A stretch of DNA of 64,000 nt, from NCBI GenBank assembly GCA_049412325.1, contig JBMSEL010000002.1, forward strand, positions 14,523-78,522. The letters are read 5' to 3'. Numbering within the stretch: position 1 is the stretch's first letter; each line of letters starts with the position of its first letter. The position numbers were made by a program, and so were the translations under genes. This stretch comes from Poseidonia sp. (GTDB lineage: Archaea; Thermoplasmatota; Poseidoniia; Poseidoniales; Poseidoniaceae). The notes under the pieces were generated by a model. The model was not told the origin of the DNA. It made no database searches and saw nothing but the letters and a program-made list of their open reading frames with translations. Below, in pieces: positions 29,562 to 37,507 of this stretch.

Positions 29562-30374
29562 ATGACAGATACATGGGCGTCCACCCTCGGTCGTGTGGCT
29601 TTCATCAATTGCGATCCGCTCTACCATGAGATCCCCGATGAGTGGAATGTTTTGGCCGCACCGCCATCATGGCTGACAGGACACGTGCTTCGTCGAGATT
29701 GCATTCTTGCACCCATTCCAGCCGCCGATTATGCGAAACATCAGAAAGAACTGGTGCTGCTTCCTGACATCGGCATCGGAAGCCAGGGTGAAGTTGGTAG
29801 CGTCTTGTTGTTCGGAGCCGTGCCCATTTCCTCGATGAAGACCATCGCTTTGCCGAGTGATTCTGCAACGTCAGTCGCCCTGCTCAAACATCTGCTTGCC
29901 AAACGGGGTCATACAATGTCGTACGTATCGACCGGCCCGGATTATGATTCTATGATGGCCATGGCAGACGGTGCATTGCTTATTGGAGATCGAGCGCTTG
30001 AAGCCGCTCGAGAGTTTCCTGAAATGGTTCAGTTGGACCTCGGTGAAGCATGGATGCAAGAAGAAGGCCTGCCCATGATTTTCGGTGTCTTTGTCGCCCG
30101 AGCAGACACACCATCTTCTTTGGTTCGGCAAGCCCATGCCGTACTTCTTTCCAACCTCGTCCAATTTGAGAACGATGATGAGAAGCGCGAGCACGTCATT
30201 CGCTGGTCAATGGAAAAATCTGGTCTGACCTACGAACGCCTCGACAAATACTACGGTGAGGTGTTCAACCGATTGAATCAACATCACCTCGATGGGTTGT
30301 TCAAATTCCTTTCTGAAGCGTGCAACATGGAAGATGAACCCCGATTTGCATGGTCTGCAGATACGGTTGTATGA
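29562..30374 (+). CDS. mqnA: Chorismate dehydratase MqnA (futalosine pathway)
   Basis: LGRVAFINCDPLYHEI, GEVGSVLLFG and SDSATSVALLKHLL resemble MqnA. SD GAGGAA lies upstream. Confidence 0.75.
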   Translation: MTDTWASTLGRVAFINCDPLYHEIPDEWNVLAAPPSWLTGHVLRRDCILAPIPAADYAKHQKELVLLPDIGIGSQGEVGSVLLFGAVPISSMKTIALPSDSATSVALLKHLLAKRGHTMSYVSTGPDYDSMMAMADGALLIGDRALEAAREFPEMVQLDLGEAWMQEEGLPMIFGVFVARADTPSSLVRQAHAVLLSNLVQFENDDEKREHVIRWSMEKSGLTYERLDKYYGEVFNRLNQHHLDGLFKFLSEACNMEDEPRFAWSADTVV

Positions 30375-30420
30375 AATTTCAAACGGATGGTTCTTGAAGG
30401 GCACGCAGGTGGGGGAAATC

Positions 30421-31299
30421 ATGGTTGAACTTCCATTGGATGAAGACGGCAACAAAATCGTACGAATCGGCCACAGTCCCGACCCTGATGACGCCTTCAT
30501 GTTTCACGCCATGACCACCAATGCCTTTCCAACGCCCGGGTACAATTTTGTGCACGAACTTCAAGACATTGAGACGCTCAATCATCGAGCCATGAATCAA
30601 GACCTCGAAGTGTCAGCGGTTTCCATTCACGCGTACCCCGACATCGCTGACCACTATGCGCTGATGAATTGTGGTGCCTCCATGGGCGAAGGCTATGGCC
30701 CAATGATTGTCTGTAAGGAGGGGGTATCGGAAGAACAAGCCCGAAACAATGTGATTGCAGTTCCTGGTTTGAAAACCAGTGCCTACCTCGGACTTCGTCT
30801 TGCCTGGGGCGACTGCGAGGTCGCTGTTGTCCCGTTCGATGAAATCATCCCCCGAATATTAGATGGTACCTACCTCAGCGGTTTGATCATCCATGAAGGT
30901 CAACTGACCTATGTTGACCATGATCTCAACGTTCTAATCGACCTCGGAAAGTGGTGGAATGCTCGAACGAACAACTGGCCCATGCCACTGGGCGGTAATG
31001 TCGTGCGCCGAGACCTTGGCGAGGCCGTGATGCAAGACATCACCAAGTACACCAAAATGAGCATCGAATACGCGCTCGCATCACCTGACGAAGCACTTGA
31101 ATTTGCCAAAGCATGGGGTCGTGGAATTGACGACGATACCAACCGAGAGTTTGTCGGCATGTACGTGAATGACCGCACCATCGATTACAAAGAAGAAGGA
31201 CGAGCATCCATCCGCCAGTTCATTTCCGAAGGGCAGGCCATTGGACTCATTCGGGAAGATTTTGACACGAGCGGAATGCGTTTTATCGGAGAACCCTGA
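30421..31299 (+). CDS. mqnD: 1,4-dihydroxy-6-naphthoate synthase MqnD-like
   Basis: IGHSPDPDDAFMFHAM and DIETLN..A...LEVSAVSIHAY resemble MqnD. SD AGGTGGGGG lies before ATG30421. Confidence 0.7.
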   Translation: MVELPLDEDGNKIVRIGHSPDPDDAFMFHAMTTNAFPTPGYNFVHELQDIETLNHRAMNQDLEVSAVSIHAYPDIADHYALMNCGASMGEGYGPMIVCKEGVSEEQARNNVIAVPGLKTSAYLGLRLAWGDCEVAVVPFDEIIPRILDGTYLSGLIIHEGQLTYVDHDLNVLIDLGKWWNARTNNWPMPLGGNVVRRDLGEAVMQDITKYTKMSIEYALASPDEALEFAKAWGRGIDDDTNREFVGMYVNDRTIDYKEEGRASIRQFISEGQAIGLIREDFDTSGMRFIGEP

Positions 31300-31308
31300 G
31301 GGCTGGTC

Positions 31309-31797
31309 ATGAATGCCGAGGGCCGTATTCCCAAGGTGAGTCAATACGGTTCGGTTGACCCTGCACCGCCCTCAAGAGAGACCGTGGTCGCCGAACTCAC
31401 AGAACGTTTGTGCGACGAATCGTTGCCGATGTTTCAACGCATGAGGGCAGTCTTCGGTCTTCGGAACCAACGCACGGATGACGCATGCCTCGCGTTGTGC
31501 CAAGGCTTCAGCAGCGAAAGTGCCCTCCTCCGACACGAAATTGCTTACGTGCTCGGTCAGATGCAAAACGTCGCCGCTCTACCAACACTGATTGAACGAC
31601 TTGAAGATGCGAACGAACATGTCATGGTTCGCCATGAAGCGGCGGAGGCGATGGGCGCCATTGGCGATCGGTCCGTGATTCCATCGCTTGAGAAGTTCAG
31701 TCAAGATCCTCTACCGGAGGTTGCCGAATCATGCATCGTCGCCCTCGATCTTCTTGCATGGGTTGACGGGGCTGAATTCGATGACACCGAATGCTGA
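31309..31797 (+). CDS. Half-length deoxyhypusine hydroxylase (DOHH)-like HEAT-repeat protein with two His-Glu motifs
   Basis: SVDPAPP, MFQRMRAVFGLRN, SALLRHEIAYVLGQMQ, VMVRHEAAEAMGAIGD and EVAESCIVALDL. From memory this is colinear with the C-terminal half of eukaryotic DOHH. Confidence 0.65.
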   Translation: MNAEGRIPKVSQYGSVDPAPPSRETVVAELTERLCDESLPMFQRMRAVFGLRNQRTDDACLALCQGFSSESALLRHEIAYVLGQMQNVAALPTLIERLEDANEHVMVRHEAAEAMGAIGDRSVIPSLEKFSQDPLPEVAESCIVALDLLAWVDGAEFDDTEC

Positions 31798-31850
31798 TAT
31801 CCCTCAAGTTCAAAGACCAGACCACCTACCCCCAAACAGGAAGGACGCAT

Positions 31851-32060
31851 ATGCCACACGACCACATCCAATTGGCTCAAGCCCCCAACGGTGAACTTGG
31901 TCCACGATGCCACAACTGTGGCATGCGCCTCACGTTTGGTAATGCGATGGTGGTCGACAAGTACTACATGTGCTGGGAGCACTATGTCGAAGCCACTGGC
32001 GCAGATACGGCCACCGAAATCTCGGATGCCGACGAGCGCTTCTGGATGAAGCAGGACTGA
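31851..32060 (+). CDS. Small hypothetical protein with CxxC and C..H pair
   Basis: 69 aa from ATG31851, with AGGAAGG upstream. Contains CHNCG...MCWEH. Lies immediately upstream of priS. Confidence 0.35.
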   Translation: MPHDHIQLAQAPNGELGPRCHNCGMRLTFGNAMVVDKYYMCWEHYVEATGADTATEISDADERFWMKQD

Positions 32061-32111
32061 TACGGCTTTCTTCATGAACCCTCAACCATTCGTCATGGAT
32101 GAGGGGCGGGC

Positions 32112-33311
32112 ATGGCAACCGGTTGGGCGAGATTTGCACACCGATTTGGTCAATATTACCAACATGCCCCGTTGTGGTCCCCGCCTCGCATCAAAACGCG
32201 CGAGTGGATGTTCATTCCTTTCGGTGGAGCGCCACCGCTTCGCCATAAATCGTTCTCGAACATCTCCCAAGTACAATCCTTTCTTTCCCAACGGGCCATG
32301 CATTCTTGTTTCTACTCAACGGCGTATTGGCGCCGTCCCTATGAATTGAAAATGGCAGAAAAATTGTGGCAAGGAGCCGATTTGATTTTTGATTTGGATG
32401 GCGACCACTTGCCGGGCGTTACAGACAGAGATTTCCCTGGCATGTTGGCTGTGATTCAAGACCAAGCATGGTCACTTTGGAATGACTTTCTTGAACCGGA
32501 ATTTGGTTTCAAAGAAGACCACTTACAGGTGACGTTTTCAGGACATCGCGGTTTTCACCTGCACTACAGGGATCCTGCTCTCTTCCATCTCGATTCAGAA
32601 GCGAGGAGAGAATTGGTTTCGCACATACGAGGCGAGGGTGTCGACGTCCAGGGCGGCCTTGCACGATACCATGACCAACATGCAAAAGGTTGGACACAGC
32701 GTATTCGAGAGGGAATGGATGAGATGATTGGCACGCTGAGGGAGATTCATCGCGGCACGGAAGGTAGCTCGGCTGAACTTCGCAGGCTGGAGTCTGAACT
32801 CCAAGCGATGCAGGACCGGGAAGGGGCCACATCTCAACGCTCAGCCACTGCCATCCGCCGCCTCGCCGAGCTGATGGACCATGACCAACGCGTCGCACGA
32901 TTAAAGGATGGAAAATTCGAGGTACTGGGGAACTATCAGGCACTTTTCCTGAATTTACTCAAGGCTGATGCTTCGGTTGTTCTGGGTTCTGCTGGAGAAA
33001 CTGATGAAGTGGTCACCATCGATGTGCGACGACAAATTCGCTGGCCCACGTCATTGCACGGTAAATCCGGTATGCGTGTGTCTGAATTCCCATTGAGTCG
33101 ATTGGACCCGGACGGGCACCACCCATACAATCCCCTTCACGAGGCTTTTGTTTTGGGACAGGATCAATCTATTGAGGTGGAATGGACCGTTGACGATGCC
33201 ATCGCCCAATTTGGTGACCGTCGTTTGGAAAGCACGTTGGGGCAACGAATTCAAGTTCATGAATCGGGGGCAACCTTCCTTGTTCTGAAAGGCTGGGCTC
33301 AGTTGGTTTGA
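32112..33311 (+). CDS. priS: DNA primase small (catalytic) subunit PriS
   Basis: DLIFDLDGDH catalytic acidic motif and VTFSGHRGFHLHY. Confidence 0.85.
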   Translation: MATGWARFAHRFGQYYQHAPLWSPPRIKTREWMFIPFGGAPPLRHKSFSNISQVQSFLSQRAMHSCFYSTAYWRRPYELKMAEKLWQGADLIFDLDGDHLPGVTDRDFPGMLAVIQDQAWSLWNDFLEPEFGFKEDHLQVTFSGHRGFHLHYRDPALFHLDSEARRELVSHIRGEGVDVQGGLARYHDQHAKGWTQRIREGMDEMIGTLREIHRGTEGSSAELRRLESELQAMQDREGATSQRSATAIRRLAELMDHDQRVARLKDGKFEVLGNYQALFLNLLKADASVVLGSAGETDEVVTIDVRRQIRWPTSLHGKSGMRVSEFPLSRLDPDGHHPYNPLHEAFVLGQDQSIEVEWTVDDAIAQFGDRRLESTLGQRIQVHESGATFLVLKGWAQLV

Positions 33312-33398
33312 GTCTCATCATTGTCCCGTGAGAACGGCGTGCAATCCGGGACGACGTGCGGTAAGGTTCAAGGCTGGTTTCCCATCCCTTAGGACGAG

Positions 33399-34394
33399 GT
33401 GAGTCCGTTGGGTCTGCGCAGAGGGAAGAAATCCAAGAAGTCGGATGCGTCTCTGCCCATGCCTGATTTGCCCCCACCCGCAGGTCTCCCCGCCCCACTC
33501 CCACTACCCGGTGCAGCACCATTGCCGCCCTTGCCGGGCATGCCTTCTCCGGGAGAGCCCGCCATTCCCGCTCCGTTGCCTGCACCAGCCGCAGTGGCAC
33601 CCGCGCCTGCAACGCCAGTTCCTCTTCCAGCACCCGTCAATGACCCTGAAACGACCCTTTCTGGAATTGCCAAGGAAAGCGGCTACAACGAATTGTGGGC
33701 CAAGCGCTCCGAGAAACCACTCCAGCAGATTTACGGGCATATCGATCGCATCAGCAACAAGGAAGCGGGTTCTCTCCTCGACCGATATGCAGACCGCTTC
33801 GGCCACTCCCTCGACCGGGAAATCATCGTCATGAGAAAGGCAGCCATGGAGGACAAGGTCGCTGAGATTCGTGATGCCCCCACCGTTGAACTTCTTGAGG
33901 ATGAACCTGCTGCACCCTTGAGTGAATTGCAGCAGGTTGAAGATGAACTTCGCGCCCTCAAGCCACTGTATCAAGAAGCCAAGGCACTGGGTGATAAAGA
34001 AACGCTGGCCGAACTCACGCCAACCCTGCAAGCGTTGATGTCGCGCAGAAAAGCCCTCAAGGGCGGCGCTCCTCCTGCCGCTGAAGCCCAAGTTGCGGAT
34101 ACGTCGGACGATGAAGACGATTTGTTTGCACAGTTTGTTTCCATTGTTGATTCTCTGTTGGGTGACCATCTCCCTGAATCCATCGTGAATGATTTCATCG
34201 CAAGTGCGGACTTTGAAATCTACCAAGAGGTCGCTCAATCACCTGCCACGGCAGACGAAGAGACTCGAACTGCCTATTACCGTATGGTTGATGATCAGCT
34301 TGGCAATATGTCCTCGGAATCCATTACAGCATTTGTTGAGTCTGAAGACTTCGCAATCTACCAAGCAATCGGTGAACGATACAAGGATGAGTGA
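33399..34394 (+). CDS. Hypothetical protein: Pro-rich N-terminus, acidic C-terminus with duplicated motif
   Basis: GTG start; the first ATG is at 33459. About 65 aa of PxP-rich sequence. Contains the duplicated motifs DFIASADFEIYQEV and AFVESEDFAIYQAI. Confidence 0.5.
   Translation: MSPLGLRRGKKSKKSDASLPMPDLPPPAGLPAPLPLPGAAPLPPLPGMPSPGEPAIPAPLPAPAAVAPAPATPVPLPAPVNDPETTLSGIAKESGYNELWAKRSEKPLQQIYGHIDRISNKEAGSLLDRYADRFGHSLDREIIVMRKAAMEDKVAEIRDAPTVELLEDEPAAPLSELQQVEDELRALKPLYQEAKALGDKETLAELTPTLQALMSRRKALKGGAPPAAEAQVADTSDDEDDLFAQFVSIVDSLLGDHLPESIVNDFIASADFEIYQEVAQSPATADEETRTAYYRMVDDQLGNMSSESITAFVESEDFAIYQAIGERYKDE
33459..33650 (+). repeat. Proline/alanine-rich low-complexity coding tract
   Basis: Translation: PDLPPPAGLPAPLPLPGAAPLPPLPGMPSPGEPAIPAPLPAPAAVAPAPATPVPLPAP. 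Confidence 0.6.
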
Positions 34395-34399
34395 ACTAC

Positions 34400-35248
34400 A
34401 TGGGACTATTGGACAAAGCAGCAGCCTCAGGAGGCGACGACCCCAAGCCAAAGGCAAAAGCCGTACCGAAAGCAAAAGCTGTGGCCAAGGCCAAGCCTGT
34501 GGCGAAAGCCAAGCCAGTCAAAGCAGCAAAACCGGCCAAGGTGAAAAAGGAGCGTGCACCACGTGCTCGCCCAATGGAACTCTCTGAGGATTATGAACTC
34601 GCTACAAAAATGAATCGCCGTATTTCTTCACTCGTGAACTTCTTCATCAACTTCGGCGTATTGTTTGCTGCGTTATTTATCGCAACATCAGATACAGGCA
34701 TCGTGACCACCATCCTCTTCGCTGTAGGCGGTGCGATCATCATCATTAACGCCATCTTCATTCCAATGAAATTCAGTCGCAATCTCGGACAATTCGTTTC
34801 TCGAACGAAGTTTGTTCGTGGCGATGGCTCAAACCCTTTGTTTTTGCATGGGATTCTGGTGAACACTTCCGGTCTTCTTGCACTCATGGGCTTAATTCTC
34901 GTCGGTACGCAATTCCAAAACCTCTCTGAATCCGACAACACGGGTGCGATCATTTCCTTTGCTTTGGGAACCATTTTCATGATTCTATGGTTTGTTGACC
35001 GCTACCTTCGTAGCGGCAGTGCCATGGGTCAGGGCCTGTATGACTTGGCCTTCAGAGCGTACTTGGTGAAATATATCCCCTCTGAAGAGGAGAAAGCCTC
35101 TGGCATTTGGGCTCGACTTGAGAACATGGGCAACTTTGGCGATCAGTTGGTGAAGCGCCAAGAAGAACGCAAGGCCAAAAAAGAATCAAAGAACGCCGAG
35201 GGCGCTGAAGAAGCCGCTGAAGCAGAGACAACCACTCAAGAAGACTGA
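34400..35248 (+). CDS. RDD-family-like membrane protein with Lys/Ala/Pro-rich N-terminal tail
   Basis: Has about 4 hydrophobic segments. LGQFVSRTKFVRGDGSNP resembles the RDD loop. ATG lies 6 nt after the upstream stop. Confidence 0.6.
   Translation: MGLLDKAAASGGDDPKPKAKAVPKAKAVAKAKPVAKAKPVKAAKPAKVKKERAPRARPMELSEDYELATKMNRRISSLVNFFINFGVLFAALFIATSDTGIVTTILFAVGGAIIIINAIFIPMKFSRNLGQFVSRTKFVRGDGSNPLFLHGILVNTSGLLALMGLILVGTQFQNLSESDNTGAIISFALGTIFMILWFVDRYLRSGSAMGQGLYDLAFRAYLVKYIPSEEEKASGIWARLENMGNFGDQLVKRQEERKAKKESKNAEGAEEAAEAETTTQED
34444..34550 (+). repeat. Imperfect tandem coding repeat (AAG/GCC-rich) encoding KAKAV/KAKPV units
   Basis: Translation: PKPKAKAVPKAKAVAKAKPVAKAKPVKAAKPAKVKK. Confidence 0.6.
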
Positions 35249-35270
35249 CTGCGCAACGTGAGTCGTTCAC

Positions 35271-36281
35271 ATGCTGGATTGGGCCCGCAGACGAAACCAT
35301 GTTCTGCCCGTAATCGTGGGTCTGGTGGGCATTTTCACATCCATCATGGTCTTCATCATGGTCGGTTGGGTTGGCGGGCTGTTGAGTTTCTTCGTATCGC
35401 TGTTCTTCCTGTATCTCGAAGTGGTCACTCAGTGGTCGTTTCGAGCACCCAGGAAAAGGAAACCATCCTTGGAGGAAGATGGTTGGGAGCGGTTGAGCAT
35501 CAATGCAAGTGGCTATGACCTGATGTTCTACCTCCATGCTGGATCACCTGGCGCCCCTTTGGCTTTGGTCTGTCATGGATGGACATCAGGAGCAGTTCGA
35601 ATGGTGCACCGTGCGTCTTCTTTTCTCGAGCGCGGATGGAATGTGGTCATGCTTGACCTCCCAAGCCATGGCGGGTCTCAGTCCTTGCCCAAATGGAGTG
35701 CGGAACAGGCCACCACCCTTCTTATCCAATCCTTGAATGTGCTCCAAAAACAACGAACTGAGCTGTTCGGCAATGAAGTATGCTACTACGGCCATAGCAT
35801 TGGTGCCTTCATAGGTTTGCGAATCAGCAAGCGTCGAGAAGAACTGAACGAACCCGCTCATCCGACGGCCTGGATATTTGAATCACCCATGACAGGATAC
35901 ACGGAAATTCATGAGGAAACGTGCAACATCCTGAAAATTCCTCAACTGCTGAGGTCTTGGGTATTGAACAAGACCCTTCGCCACTTCAATGCTATCAACG
36001 GCCCTGTCCGAGTTGTTTCATCCTTGGCCGATGCCGATATGCCAACATGGGGTGTCACGTCCGAACCGACGCTCATGGTCCAAGCCAATCCTGATGAACG
36101 ACTTGGACCCGTTCACCATCAACGCCTGATGGACGTCATGTCATCTCAAAAGGAAACAGGCCTACTGACAACACATCTTTTGGATGATCTCCGTCATTCA
36201 GGTTCGCATGAATCTGCGTCGAGAAAATCCGTCATCGACCTATGGATCGATGAAACGTTCACTCATTCCTCTTCTGTTTGA
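35271..36281 (+). CDS. Membrane-anchored alpha/beta hydrolase
   Basis: Two N-terminal hydrophobic helices, HG oxyanion region (LVCHGWTSG) and nucleophile elbow GHSIG. Confidence 0.7.
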   Translation: MLDWARRRNHVLPVIVGLVGIFTSIMVFIMVGWVGGLLSFFVSLFFLYLEVVTQWSFRAPRKRKPSLEEDGWERLSINASGYDLMFYLHAGSPGAPLALVCHGWTSGAVRMVHRASSFLERGWNVVMLDLPSHGGSQSLPKWSAEQATTLLIQSLNVLQKQRTELFGNEVCYYGHSIGAFIGLRISKRREELNEPAHPTAWIFESPMTGYTEIHEETCNILKIPQLLRSWVLNKTLRHFNAINGPVRVVSSLADADMPTWGVTSEPTLMVQANPDERLGPVHHQRLMDVMSSQKETGLLTTHLLDDLRHSGSHESASRKSVIDLWIDETFTHSSSV

Positions 36282-37351
36282 GCTGCTTGTTCACGAGCCA
36301 GCTCGCGCATGTCTTCGACCTCATCGAGTTCGTCAACGATTTCCTTACCGAGAAGGGTTTCCATGACATCCTCCATGGTGAGGATTCCCGAAGTACCACC
36401 AAATTCATCTCGAACAAGGGCAAATTGCTGCTTGTTGGTCAAGAACACGTCAAGGGCTTGCTCAATGGTTGACTCTTGTTCGATTTTCAAAATAGGTTTC
36501 ATGATGTCTTTGAGTTGAACATCCCACTCATCTCTGCTTGCAGCCATCAGAATCTCTGACCGAATGACCAAACCGCGTACATTGTCAATCGTTTCATCGT
36601 AAACGGGGATTCGAGAGAACCTCAGAATGGTATTGTCGTCAAGGATTTCTTTGATGGTTTGATGCATTTCAAAGGCCGAAACGACGGTGCGTGGGGTCAT
36701 TTCTTCGTGAACCATCACTTCTCTTAGACCCAAGAGATTGTGAATGATGGTTTCTTCGTTTTCTTCAAGAGCGCCTTCAATTTCACCCAAATCTGCCATG
36801 GCTGCGACATCGTCTCTTGTGACCATGGCGTTCTTCGAGGAAGGCAAGATGGACTTGAGCATCTGGATGGGACCAATAAGGAAAAACAGCGTCTTTGTGA
36901 ACCACGTCAGCAAGTAGGCCGTTGGAGTTGAAAGGCGTTTCCAGTAGGCTGCGCCTAACGTTTTGGGGATGATCTCCGACAAGAAAAGGACGGCTAAGGT
37001 TAGAATGGCCGAAGCAGCGGTCAAGACCTCAACGCCCCATATTTGTTGGACTTGCGAACCCACACCTGCAGCTCCCATCGTGTGTGCAATGGTGTTCAGG
37101 GTGAGGATGGCCGTCAACGGTCGGACGGAATCATCGTCTTTGAGGTGAGCCCACATCTCAGCGGTTCGCTTCTCTTCATTTTGCAAAATGTTCACGTATG
37201 TTTGTGGTGTTGAAAGCACAACGGCCTCGAGGATAGAACACATGAAGGACACGCCGAGGGACAACGTGATGTAGAATATGAGGAGACCCATGTCTCCCTC
37301 GCCCGTGGCGGAGACCGCAACGGTTGCGGCCGCAAAAAGTTCGCTGGTCAT
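36263..37351 (-). CDS. CNNM/CorC-type transporter (DUF21 + CBS pair)
   Basis: N-terminal DUF21-like TM block (FMCSILEAVVLS, SEIIPKTLG) followed by CBS-like repeats. ATG37351 chosen. Confidence 0.8.
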   Translation of the reverse strand: MTSELFAAATVAVSATGEGDMGLLIFYITLSLGVSFMCSILEAVVLSTPQTYVNILQNEEKRTAEMWAHLKDDDSVRPLTAILTLNTIAHTMGAAGVGSQVQQIWGVEVLTAASAILTLAVLFLSEIIPKTLGAAYWKRLSTPTAYLLTWFTKTLFFLIGPIQMLKSILPSSKNAMVTRDDVAAMADLGEIEGALEENEETIIHNLLGLREVMVHEEMTPRTVVSAFEMHQTIKEILDDNTILRFSRIPVYDETIDNVRGLVIRSEILMAASRDEWDVQLKDIMKPILKIEQESTIEQALDVFLTNKQQFALVRDEFGGTSGILTMEDVMETLLGKEIVDELDEVEDMRELAREQAAQTEEE

Positions 37352-37507
37352 GTTGTTTCGAAGACCCCTACCCTTGCGGGTATGTTCCTCCCGACGAGAG
37401 GAGGGTTCTTCAAAATGACGCATCGTTCAAAGGGAACCCAGTTGCCTCTATACCTGATGGGTGAACCTCAAGAAGCATCGGCATCTGGAGGGCACGAGAG
37501 GACCACC

